From Squalus acanthias (taxonomy: Eukaryota): a stretch of 64,000 nt of DNA. Made by a program: the position numbers and the translations under genes. Positions within the stretch are counted from its first letter, which is position 1. Every line of letters begins with the position of its first letter. The notes beneath the pieces are model-generated. The model was not told the DNA's origin. It worked only from the letters and a program-made list of their open reading frames with translations, and ran no database searches. Location: positions 152,150,001-152,214,000 of the forward strand of contig CM059432.1 in assembly GCA_030390025.1 (NCBI GenBank), given 5' to 3'. Positions 24,985 through 35,079 of this stretch are shown here, in pieces.

Positions 24985-27462
24985 GAGCCCATTGTGTCCG
25001 CGCCGGCCATCAAGCCCTGTCTATTCTAATCCCATTTTCCAGCACTTGGTCCATAGCCTTGTATGCTATGGCGTTTCAAGTGCTCATCGAAATGCTTCTT
25101 GAAGGGCAACACAGTGGCATAGTGGTTAGCACTGTTGCCTCACAGCGCCAGGGACCCGGGTTCGAATCCGGCCTCGGGTGACTGTCTGTGTGGAGTTTGC
25201 ACATTCTCCCCGTGTCTGCGTGGGTTTCCTCCGGGTGCTCCGGTTTCCTCCCACAGTCCAAAAATGTGCGGGTTAGGTTGATTTGGCTATGATAAATTGA
25301 CCCTTAGTGTTAGGGGGGGATTAAATATGTGGGGTTACGGGGATAGGATGGGATATGTTAGGGTGAATTAAATACGTGGGGTTACGGGGATAGGGTGGGA
25401 TATGTGTCGATGCAGGCTCGATGGGGATTCTGTGTGGGAAAGCAGGGACAGGGTACTGGATTTGGATGATCAGCCATGATCGTATTGAATGGTGGAGCAG
25501 GCTCGACGGGCCGAATGGCCTACTCCTGCTCCTAGTTTCTATGTTTCTATGAATGTTGAGGGTTCCTGCCTCTACCACCCTTTCAGGCAGTGAGTTCCAG
25601 ATTCCAACCACCCTCTGGGTGAAAAAGTTTTTCCTCAAATCCCCTCTAAACCTCCTGCCCCTGACCTTGAAACTATGCCCCCTGGTTATTGACCCCTCTA
25701 CTAAGGGGAAAAGTTCCTTTCTATCTACCCTATCTATGCCCCTCATAATTTTGTACACCTCAATCAGGTTCCCCCCTCAGCCTTCTCTGCTCGAAGGAAA
25801 ACAACCCCAGGCTGTCCAGTCTCTCTTCATAGCTGAAGCGCTCCAGCCCAGGTAACATCCTGGTGAATCTCCTCTGCACCCTCTCCAATGCAATCACATC
25901 CCTCCTATAGTGTGGTGACCAGAACTGCACAGTATTCCAGCTGTGGCCTAACTAGCGTTTTGTACAGCTCCATCATAACCTCCCTGCTCTTACATTCTAT
26001 GCCTCGGCTAATGAAGGCAAGGATCCCATATGCCTTTTTAACCACCTTATCTACCTGTCCTGCTGCCTTCAGGAATCTATGTACATGCACACCAAGGTCC
26101 CTCTGATCCTCTGTCCTTCCTAGGGTCCTACCATTCATTGTGTATTCCCTTGCCTTGTTAGTCCTCCCAAAATGCATCACCTCACACTTTTCAGGGTTAA
26201 ATTCCATTTGCCACTGTTCTGCCCATCTGACCAACCTGTCTATATCGTCCTGTAGCCTGAGGCTTCCCTCCTCGTTATTTACCACTCCACCAATTTTCGT
26301 GTCATCTGCGAACTTACTGATCATACCTCCTACATTCATATCTAAATCATTAATGTACACTACAAACAGCAAAGGACCCAGCACCGATCTCTGCGGTACA
26401 CCACTGGACACAGGCTTCCAGTCACAAAAACAACCTTCGACCATCACCCTCTGCCTCCTGCCACTAAGCCAATTTTGGATCCAATGTGCCAAATTGCCCT
26501 AGATCCCATGGGCTCTTACCTTCTTGACCAGTCTCCCATGCGGGACTTTGTAAAAAGCCTTACTGAAATCCATGTAGACTACATCAACTGCACTACCCTC
26601 ATCCACACACCTAGTCACCCCCTCGAAAAATTCAATCAAATTGGTCAGACATGATCTCCCTCTGACAAAGCCATGCTGACTATCCTTGATTAATCCTTGG
26701 CTCTCCAAGTGGAGACTAATTCTGTCCCTCAGAATTTTTTCCAATAATTTCCCTACCACTGATGTTAGGCTCACTGACCTGTAATTCCCTGGTTTATCCC
26801 TACTACCCTTCTTGAATAATAGTACTATGTTAGCTGTTCTCCAGTCCTCTGGCACCTCCCCTGTGGCCAGAGAGGTTCTGAAAATTTGTGTCAGAGCCCC
26901 TGCAATCTCCTCCCTTGCTTCACACAGCAGCCTGGGATACATCTCGTCTGGGCCTGGGGATTTATCCACTTTTAAGCCTGCTAAAACCGCTAGTACCTCC
27001 TCCCTCTCAATACTAATTTGTTCAAGTATATCACAATCCCCCTGCCTGATTTCTATGCCTACATCGTCCTTCTCCATAGTGAACACAAATGCAAAATATT
27101 CATTTAAAACCTCACCTACATCTTCCGGCTCTACACACAGATTGCCACTTTGGTCCCTAATGGGCCCTACTCTTTCCCTGGTTATCCTCTTGCCCTTAAT
27201 ATACTTATAAAACACCTTGGGATTTTCCTTTATTTTGCCCGCCAGTGTTTTTTTATGCCCCCTCTTCGCTCTCCTAATTTCTTTTTTTTTTTTAAGTACC
27301 CCCCTGCACTTTCTATATTCCTCTAGGGCTTCCACTGTTTTTAGTCCTTTGTACCTGCCAAAAGTCTCCCTTTTTTCCCCTAATCCATTCTTGTATATCC
27401 CTTGACATCCAGGGTTCCCTGGGCTTGTTGGTCCCACCCTTGACCTTTACTGGAACATGTTA
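24985..27462 (-). mobile_element. 5'-truncated CR1 LINE with a SINE inserted near its 3' end
   Basis: ORFs at 26499-27437 and 25905-26492 (NYRSVSLTS, GVPQ, FADD). Confidence 0.92.
25104..25551 (+). mobile_element. HE1-like V-SINE with an internal duplication and a captured CR1 3' tail
   Basis: tRNA head (TGGCATAGTGG, GGTTCGAATCC), V-domain gtgggtttcctccgggtgctccggtttcctccca, then a CR1 tail ending in TTTCTATG repeats. Confidence 0.88.
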
Positions 27463-27774
27463 TGAGTACTATTCATGGAGTATTTAAACACAGACAAGAT
27501 CACTGTTGAGTCTAAATTCTCTCCTCACCCAATATCTACACAAGCATACCACTGGCAAGGGTCACTGGATAGTAATGACAAGCAGCTCATTTGTTTTCCC
27601 CATTCCAGTTCAGTTAATGCAGTAGCACGCTTTCTGTTGCCCTGCTCAGATCAGCTAACGTGGGCCAGATAGACAGCAAACTTAGGACGTGCCTGGTACC
27701 ATACCAAGTGTTGCATTTACCCCTCAGTTCAACCAATAAGCTTCAATTGAAGCTGAGCCAAAGTTGTTCTTTAC

Positions 27775-27987
27775 CCTTATTCGTTTGATTCCTGCCCGAG
27801 TGACTTGCTGACAGTCGTACAATTCTATTCTCTCCAGGTTGTGACAGCTCTTCAGATGTTCAAGTGTCACATCAGTGATGAGAGGACAGTTGTCTAGTTC
27901 TACAACCTGAAGTCTTTCATGGCCACATGGACTGTTGCTTAGGTGACGGATACCATCGTCTGTGATCAGTTCACAGTGCGATAAACT
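27775..27987 (-). CDS. FBXL2: FBXL2 penultimate coding exon (C-terminal LRRs)
   Basis: ttgcAG|SLSHCELITDDGIRHLSNSPCGHERLQVVELDNCPLITDVTLEHLKSCHNLERIELYDCQQVTRAGIKRIR|GTAAAG; 213 nt, phase 0/0. Confidence 0.93.
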
Positions 27988-28676
27988 CTGCAAGACAAAA
28001 ACAACTGAAAATGTGTTTCATGTTACAAAAACAGAATCTATGGAACATCAGCAACCATTATTTTCTTGGTTTGCGTATTCTAGACTGCAAAGGACGATTA
28101 CTGCTGAAGGTGTCACTTCACAGCCTGCTTCAGAAATCCTTATCTTTAGACCCTAGGGGGATGTTTCACCCAAATCCAGAGGTAGGGGACAACAAATTAA
28201 CATTTGTAGGGGAAACCATTGTTGGGTTTTCATAGAAATTTACAGCACAGAAGGAGGCCATTCGACCCATTCATGTCTGTGCCTGCCAAAAACATGTTGG
28301 CCTACATAACAGTGACTGCACTTCAAAAAGTAACCTGTGTATTGTAAAGCACTTTCATATGTCCTGATGCTACATAAATGCAAGCTTTTTCTTTAACTCA
28401 ACTACAGTATAGATAATGACAGAAATGTACAATACCTATTACAGGAAACTTTCGTTTATCTGGCATCGACGGGACCGGCGTGGTGCCGGTTTATCGAAAG
28501 TACCGGATAACGGAGAGTTATATCTACCGAGGCTATTTTTAACAAAAAAAATCAAGAAATGTGCCGTATACAGTATTTGGGTACTCACCTACAGAATGTT
28601 GTGTTAAATGGATAGTGGAAGATGCTTGATTAAGTACAGTACTGCCAGTTGAGGGTAATCCATAACTCTTTAATTA

Positions 28677-29060
28677 CAGGAAACTCTTTATTAACCGGCA
28701 CCGACGGGACCGGCGTGGTGCCGGTTTATCGAAAGTACCGGATAACCGAGGCTATTTTTAACAAAGAAAAATAAATAAATCAAGAAATGTGCAGTATACT
28801 TCCGACAGCGCCAGGAGGCTGAGTAGTGGCACTTTTGAAAACTACCCCTACTGACTAAATCGACGTTCGCGGACTCGGACTCGGGATCGGCAACATTGCC
28901 GGTTATTTGAGAGGAGTTTTCGGAGTACTCGGCGTTCGCGGAGACTCGACTGCGACTCGGCAACATTGCCGGTTATTTGAGAGGAGTTTTCGGAGGATGA
29001 TTTTTGCCGGTTAAGCGAGAATTCCGGATATTTGGGTGCCGGATAAACAAAAGTTTCCTG
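28677..29060. mobile_element. 384-bp MITE, an internal-deletion derivative of the same Tigger family, nested inside the full element
   Basis: TA|CAGGAAACT...AGTTTCCTG|TA. The left ~125 bp match 28442-28570 and the right ~255 bp match 31218-31469. Confidence 0.92.
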
Positions 29061-29119
29061 TACTTAACAGTAAAACAAAACTTAAACAACTGTCTACAGT
29101 ACTGTAGTTGACTGTACAC

Positions 29120-30892
29120 TTATTCCGAGTCATCTGGTTCATCAGAAATATCTGTATCCGTGCCAGCTGGGTCATCAGGATCACGCAGTTCCACCGATGC
29201 CACAGATTCTTCAGGCACTTCCGCTGCTGCGACTCTTTTGGAAGCTTTCTTAAACATGTTGCGGATGTCGGTTTGCTTAGTGGACTCTTGCCTTTTCTGT
29301 AGAAAGGTGGAATGCAGAATATGGAGTTGCATAACTTCTTGTGCAGAGTAGCAATTCTGCCTTTCAGCAAATTTGAGGATTGTAGAAAATCCTTCTGCAG
29401 CTTTAGCCCAAGAAATCTTCTCTTCTTCAGAAATCTCATCCTCTTCACTTTCCATCTCGCTTTCCTTTTCTTTCTTTGGATTCAAAACATTCTGAATTAT
29501 TTCATCATCACTTAGCATATGCACAACACCAACTTCTCTATCTGCATCAACCCACTGCTCGATATCACTTTCACTGAGGTGACGTAGAGGGTTTGCTGGG
29601 CCTGCATTTTTCACCATTCCAGCCATTTCCATTATTGTACTCTTCTTGGGACGAACACTGAACCCATGAAATTCCTCCTCTGAAGAACAACCTTCAGCAA
29701 ACATTACAGAAGGCCACAATTTGCGCCAGGCTTGCCTCAGAGTGTGACCTTTCACCAATTTCCAGGAACATGCAACATTATAGATGGCATCTTTAATATT
29801 GTATTCCTTCTGCAAATCTTGAATATTCTCATCTTGGCTTAGCAGTTTACGTAGGAAGTCTTTCTTGTAATGACACTTCAGATTTTGGATAACGCCCTGG
29901 TCCATGGGTTGGATGAGAGAAGTTACATTTGGTGGCAAATAAATGGTGAAAATATTTCCCGAAACCAACTGGGATTCATGCGGATGGGCTCTGCAATTAT
30001 CAAGCAATAAAATGCATTTGCTATCTTCAGGTTTCCCTATTCTGCGGAAATGTTCCTTCACAGATGGAACAAAAATATGATGGAACCAATCGGAGAAGAT
30101 TTCCTTATCCATCCAAGCATTTTTTTGAGCTTTGTACTCAACAGGTAAGTGCCTCACATTTTTAAATGCACGGGGATTTTTATACTTCCCGATAACAAGA
30201 AGTTTAACCCGGTGTGATCCAGCGGCGTTCGCACATGTTAGCACGGTTACACGATCTTTATTTTTCTTGTAACCTGAAGCATTAGCCTCACTAGTCCCAG
30301 CAAGCGTTGATTCTGGCAAAAACCTCCAAAACAAGCCAGTTTCATCGGCATTGTAGATCTGTGCTGGCGACAAATCATGTTGCTGCACAATCCGATTGAA
30401 ATAATCGCAGTATTCTTCTGCGGCTTCGTGATCAGCTGATTTCTTCTCCCCGGAAATATCGAGTCGTCGTATCCCGTGCCGTAACTTGAAGCACGTTAGC
30501 CATCCATCAGAGAAAGCACACTTGTCAGTGAGCTCCATCCTTTCGTAGAAATCCTTTGCTTTCTCGATTAGCATGGGTCCGGAAATTGGAACACCCTCTG
30601 AACGCTTAAGAGAAAACCATTCATAAAGCACGGTATCCAGCTCTTCAAGCTTAGGCTTACGAAGCGTACGCCGTTTCTCTACACTCTTGCATGTCTCCGA
30701 GCTTGAATAAAACTTGAGCAGCTTATCCTTCTGCGATTTGATGTCGTAGATTGTTGACGAACCGATTTTGAATTCATTCATAATGTTGATACGCTTCTCT
30801 CCCCTTTCTAATCGTTGGCATATCTCGATTTTCTGTTTTAAAGTTAAGACCACTCTCTTCCTTTTGCTTGGACCAGCTTTTGGGAATTCCAT
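29120..30892 (-). CDS. Tigger/pogo transposase, 590 aa (two CENP-B-type HTH domains, DDE_1 domain, acidic tail)
   Basis: attATGG Kozak context; [30 protein letters not shown]; catalytic [16 protein letters not shown] and IQPMDQG with 32 residues between the 2nd and 3rd Asp. Confidence 0.93.
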   Translation of the reverse strand: MEFPKAGPSKRKRVVLTLKQKIEICQRLERGEKRINIMNEFKIGSSTIYDIKSQKDKLLKFYSSSETCKSVEKRRTLRKPKLEELDTVLYEWFSLKRSEGVPISGPMLIEKAKDFYERMELTDKCAFSDGWLTCFKLRHGIRRLDISGEKKSADHEAAEEYCDYFNRIVQQHDLSPAQIYNADETGLFWRFLPESTLAGTSEANASGYKKNKDRVTVLTCANAAGSHRVKLLVIGKYKNPRAFKNVRHLPVEYKAQKNAWMDKEIFSDWFHHIFVPSVKEHFRRIGKPEDSKCILLLDNCRAHPHESQLVSGNIFTIYLPPNVTSLIQPMDQGVIQNLKCHYKKDFLRKLLSQDENIQDLQKEYNIKDAIYNVACSWKLVKGHTLRQAWRKLWPSVMFAEGCSSEEEFHGFSVRPKKSTIMEMAGMVKNAGPANPLRHLSESDIEQWVDADREVGVVHMLSDDEIIQNVLNPKKEKESEMESEEDEISEEEKISWAKAAEGFSTILKFAERQNCYSAQEVMQLHILHSTFLQKRQESTKQTDIRNMFKKASKRVAAAEVPEESVASVELRDPDDPAGTDTDISDEPDDSE

Positions 30893-30956
30893 AATGCAAG
30901 ATGGAGGAGATAATTGCCGATGAAGATGGAAAGACACACAGAACAATGGTGGCTAG

Positions 30957-31190
30957 GAAGAGACTACCAGCAGCGTGGCAGACACACAGCAAAATGGTGT
31001 ATCAGAAGAGACTACAGTACCAGCAGCGTGGCAGACACACAGCAAAATGGTGTATCAGAAGAGACTACAGTACCAGCAGCGTGGGAGACACGCAGCAAAA
31101 TGGTGGATCAGAAGAGACTACCAGCATCGTGGGAGACACCCAGCAAAATGGCCGATCAGAAGAGACTCCAGGCAGCGCGGGAGAATCTAC
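30957..31190. repeat. ~48-53-bp minisatellite (about 4.5 copies) upstream of the transposase
   Basis: Unit gaagagactac(agtac)cagcagcgtgg(c/g)agacac(a/g/c)cagcaaaatgg...atca. Confidence 0.9.
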
Positions 31191-32357
31191 TCATGCTACT
31201 GCAATGTTTCGGACTTGCGACAGCGCCAGGAGGCCGAGTAGTGGCACTTTTCAAAAGTACCCCTACTGACTAAATCGGCGTTCGCGGACTCGGAATCGGC
31301 AACATTGCCGGTTATTTGAGAGGAGTTTTCGGAGCACTCGGCGTTCGCGGAGACTCGACTGCGACTCGGCAACATTGCCGGTTATTTGAGAGGAGTTTTC
31401 GGAGGATGATTTTTGCCGGTTAAGCGAGAATTCCGGATATTTGGGTGCCGGATAAACGAAAGTTTCCTGTACTAGAGTAAATTTCTGCACCGTTTGCTTA
31501 TACACAGACACAGGGGCTGGAAAATTCTTAATCCTGTATAACATTTGGTGAGACACTGATGGATAACAGCAATAGCGCTAAGGTGAATAGAAGACTGCAG
31601 AGTATCTAATGATGACGTGGTGAATATTAAAGTCAGCAGGAGGCTTACAGTAGATGGCCCAACAATAAGCTTAGAAGCCAAAAATTATCAAGAAAATGAA
31701 ACCAATGGTCGGCATCAAACTAAACTGAAGTTGTGAAGGAACAGTGCAAACTGCAACATTTGATAGCATTCTCATTGAAAACGCCGACTGATTCACAGAC
31801 TTCTCTAGTAAAAACAAAAATCAGGATGGTAATTGTGATCAAGAGGGGTATAGTTTAACAAGCCAACTGACAGTTTAGTCTGACGGGACACCTTAAGATA
31901 AAATGCAATGTTTAGTTAACAAGAGGGAACTGTATTGTAGTGGTAATGTCACTGGGCTAGTAATCCAGAGGCCTGGACTAATGATCCAGCAATGAGAGTT
32001 CAAATCCCACCGCGGCAGCTGGGGAATTTAAATAAAATAAAATAAATCTGGAATAAAGAGTTAGCATCAGCAATGATGACCATGAAACTATTGGATTGTT
32101 GTAAAAACCCATCTGGTTCACTAGGGAAGGAAATCTGAAGTCCTTACCTGGTCTGGCCTATATGTGACTCCATACCCACAGCAATGTGGTTGACTCTAAA
32201 CTGCCCTCTGAAATGGCCTAGCAAGCCACTCAGTTGTACCAAACCGCTACGAAAAACAATAAGAATGAAACCGGACGGACCACTCGGCACCGGCTACGGA
32301 CACGACAATGGCACACCCAGCCCAGTTGACCCTGCAAAGTCCTCCTCACCAACATCT

Positions 32358-32668
32358 GGGCAACACGGTGGCATAGTGGTTAGCACTGTTGCCTCACAGC
32401 GCCAGGGACCCGGGTTCAAATCCGGCCTCGGGTAACTGTCTGTGTGGAGTTTGCACATTCTCCCCGTGTCTGCGTGGGTTTCCTCCGGGTGCTCCGGTTT
32501 CCTCCCACAGTCCAAAGATGTGCGGGTTAGGTTGATTTGGCTATGATAAATTGACCCTTAGTGTTAGGGGGATTAAATACGTGGGGTTATGGGGATAGGG
32601 TGGGATATGTGTCGGTGCAGGCTCGATGGGCCGAAATGGCCTCTGTCTGCACTGTGGGGATTCTGTGA
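32358..32668 (+). mobile_element. Complete HE1-like V-SINE
   Basis: A and B boxes, V-domain, CR1-like 3' stem-loop ggctcgatgggccgaaatggcct, and a gattctgtga tail. Confidence 0.9.
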
Positions 32669-33478
32669 CTTGCCAAAATTGGGAGAGCAACAGCCTGACA
32701 GTCATACTCACACAATCATACCTTTCAGCCAATGTCCCAAACTCCTCCATCACCATCCAGGGGTGGCGGCACAATGGTCTACAGTCGGGTAGGAGTGGCC
32801 CTGGGAGTCCTCAACATTGACTCCGGACCTGGACCCCATAAAGTCTCATACATGGGCAAGGAAACCTCCTGCTGATTACCACCTACCACCCTCCCTCAGC
32901 TGATGAATCAGTACTCCTCCATGTTGAACACCATTTGGAAGAAGTACTGAGAGTAGCAAGGGCACAGAATGTACTCTGGGTGGGGGACTTCAATGTCCAT
33001 CACCAAGAGTGGCTCGGTAGCACCACTACTGACCGAGCCCTGAAGGATATAGCTGCCAGTCTGAGCCTGCGACAGGTGGTGAGAGAACCAACACGAGGGG
33101 AAAAACCTACTTGACCTCGTCCTCACCAATCCACTTGTCGCTGCTGCATCTGTCCATGACAGTATTGGAAGCAGTGACCACCGCACAGTCATTGTGGAGA
33201 CGAAGTCCTGTCTTCACACTGAGGACACCCTCCATCGTGTTGTGTGGCACTACCATTGTGCTAAATAGATTCAGAACAGATCTACCAGCTCAAAACTGGG
33301 CATCCATGAGGCTCTGTGGGCCATCAGCAGCATCAGAATTGTATTCCACCACAATCTGTAACCTCATAGCCTGGCATATCCCTCACTCTACCATTACCAT
33401 TAAGCCAAGGGACTAACCCTAGTTCAATAAGGAGTGTAGAAGAGCATGCCAGGAACAGCACCAGGTGTACCTAAAAAT

Positions 33479-33911
33479 GAGGCGGCGGACCTGGGTGGAG
33501 CAACAGCGGCGAGGCGGCGGCGGTAAAAGGCGGCAGCGACCAGGTAGGCCCACAGAGGCGGCGGACCTGGGTGGAGCAACAGCGGCGAGGCGGCGGCGGT
33601 AAAAGGCGGCAGCGACCAGGTAGGCCCACAGAGGCGGCGGACCTGGGTGGAGCAACAGCGGCGAGGCGGCGGCGGTAAAAGGCGGCAGCGACCAGGTAGG
33701 CCCACAGAGGCGGCGGACCTGGGTGGAGCAACAGCGGCGAGGCGGCGGCGGTAAAAGGCGGCAGCGACCAGGTAGGCCCACAGAGGCGGCGGACCTGGGT
33801 GGAGCAACAGCGGCGAGGCGGCGGCGGTAAAAGGCGGCAGCGACCAGGTAGGCCCACAGAGGCGGCGGACCTGGGTGGAGCAACAGCGGCGAGGCGGCAG
33901 CGACCAGGTAG
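33479..33911 (+). repeat. CpG-rich 76-bp tandem array (5 identical units plus 1 internally deleted unit) in the CR1 5' UTR
   Basis: Units start at 33479, 33555, 33631, 33707, 33783 and 33859. Confidence 0.95.
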
Positions 33912-33959
33912 GCTTTCACCAAGCCGAGAGCAGGAGAGAGGTAAAAAATAATCGAAGTG

Positions 33960-34000
33960 TGACGTCACCAGAAAGCAGGTAAGTGATTGGTTGGTGAGTA
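33960..34000 (+). promoter_or_regulatory. CRE (TGACGTCA), inverted CCAAT box and splice-donor-like motifs in the CR1 5' UTR
   Basis: TGACGTCA at 33960-33967, then CAGGTAAGT, GATTGG and GGTGAGT. The same motif order recurs at 44381-44453. Confidence 0.5.
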
Positions 34001-34122
34001 TTTCTCTTTTTTTTTATACAAAACTTCAATTTTATTGTTTCTCGGGTATCTGTGGTGTAGCAGAGACTGCTGGCATAAATTAACTGAAGGGTAAATAATA
34101 CATTTTTAATTAATTACATAGA

Positions 34123-35079
34123 ATGGGAGAGCAGGTGATGTGTTACTGCTGCAATATGTGGGAGCTGGTGGACACCATTGATGTTCACGGTGAACACATT
34201 TGCAGTAAGTGTTGGCTGCTCAAGGAACTCCGGCTCCGTGTTGATGAGCTGGAGTCCGAGCTTCAAACACTGCGACACATCAGGGAGGGGGAGAGTTACC
34301 TGGACTCCGTGTTTCAGGAGGTAGTCACACCAATTAGAGTAACTAATTCAGAAGTAGCCCGTGGTCAGGGACAGGAAGGTGTGACTACGAGTGAGGCAGG
34401 TACAGGGATCCAGGAGGTAGTGTTGGAGGAGCCGCAGCCCTTGCTCTTGTCCAACAGGTTCGAGGCTCTTACTCCCTGTGTGGATAGGAGCGGGGACTGC
34501 AGGGAGGATGAGCAACCTGGCCACAGCACCGTGGTAAGGGGGGCCATTCAAGTGGGGGGAGTAAAAAGAAATGTTGTAGTGGTAGGGGATAGTATCATTA
34601 GGGGGATAGATAGGGTTCTTTGCAGCCAAGAGCGAGAGTCCCGAAGGCTGTGTTGCCTGCCCGGTGCCAGGGTTAAGGACATCTCCTCTGGGCTGGAGAG
34701 AAACTTGGAGTGGGAGGGGGAGGATCCAGTTGTCGTGGTCCATGTTGGTACCAATGACATAGATAGGACAAGGAAAGAGGTTCTGCTGAGGGAGTTTGAG
34801 CAGCTAGGGGCCAAATTAAAAAGCAGAACCTCGAGGGTAATAATCTCTGGATTACTACCTGAGCCACGAGCAAATTTGGCTAGGGTAAATAAAATCAGGG
34901 AGTTGAATGCGTGGCTCAAAGACTGGTGTGGGAAAAATGGGTTTTGCTTCTTGGGACACTGGCACCAGTACTGGGGCAGGAGAGAGCTGTTCTGTTGGGA
35001 CGGACTTCACTTAGCCAGTGCTGGGACTAGTGTCCTGGCGAATCGAATAACTAGGGCTGTGGAGAGGGCTTTAAACTAA
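34123..35079 (+). CDS. CR1 ORF1 (Cys zinc-finger-like region, coiled coil, SGNH esterase), 318 aa, intact
   Basis: CYCC..CSKC; LKELRLRVDELESELQTL; GDS, PGA, GTND and DGLH blocks. Confidence 0.9.
   Translation: MGEQVMCYCCNMWELVDTIDVHGEHICSKCWLLKELRLRVDELESELQTLRHIREGESYLDSVFQEVVTPIRVTNSEVARGQGQEGVTTSEAGTGIQEVVLEEPQPLLLSNRFEALTPCVDRSGDCREDEQPGHSTVVRGAIQVGGVKRNVVVVGDSIIRGIDRVLCSQERESRRLCCLPGARVKDISSGLERNLEWEGEDPVVVVHVGTNDIDRTRKEVLLREFEQLGAKLKSRTSRVIISGLLPEPRANLARVNKIRELNAWLKDWCGKNGFCFLGHWHQYWGRRELFCWDGLHLASAGTSVLANRITRAVERALN

Larger units (their letters stand above)
28442..31469 (-). mobile_element. Full-length pogo/Tigger (Tc1-mariner superfamily) DNA transposon
   Basis: 24-bp TIRs CAGGAAACTTTCGTTTATC(T/C)GGCA with 1 mismatch; TA at 28440-28441 and 31470-31471; uninterrupted transposase ORF. 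Confidence 0.95.

Noticed and set aside
25104..25180. tRNA genes (also at 32358, 63711, 31930 and 6430)
   Set aside because: Each continues into a SINE or LINE body and lacks a complete cloverleaf with a terminator. They are retroposon heads.
29120..30946. Domesticated TIGD/JRK-type host gene, or a TTG start at 30946
   Set aside because: Intact TIRs, a TA duplication and a cognate MITE indicate a transposon. The ATG at 30892 has a good Kozak context and precedes the HTH domain.
30901..31273. Three overlapping plus-strand ORFs
   Set aside because: They are translations of the minisatellite with no protein-like features.
33479..33911. Regular repeat array resembling a CRISPR array; repetitive ORFs on the minus strand
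   Set aside because: The units are contiguous and identical with no unique spacers, the context is eukaryotic with no cas genes, and the ORFs arise from a stop-free GC-rich repeat.
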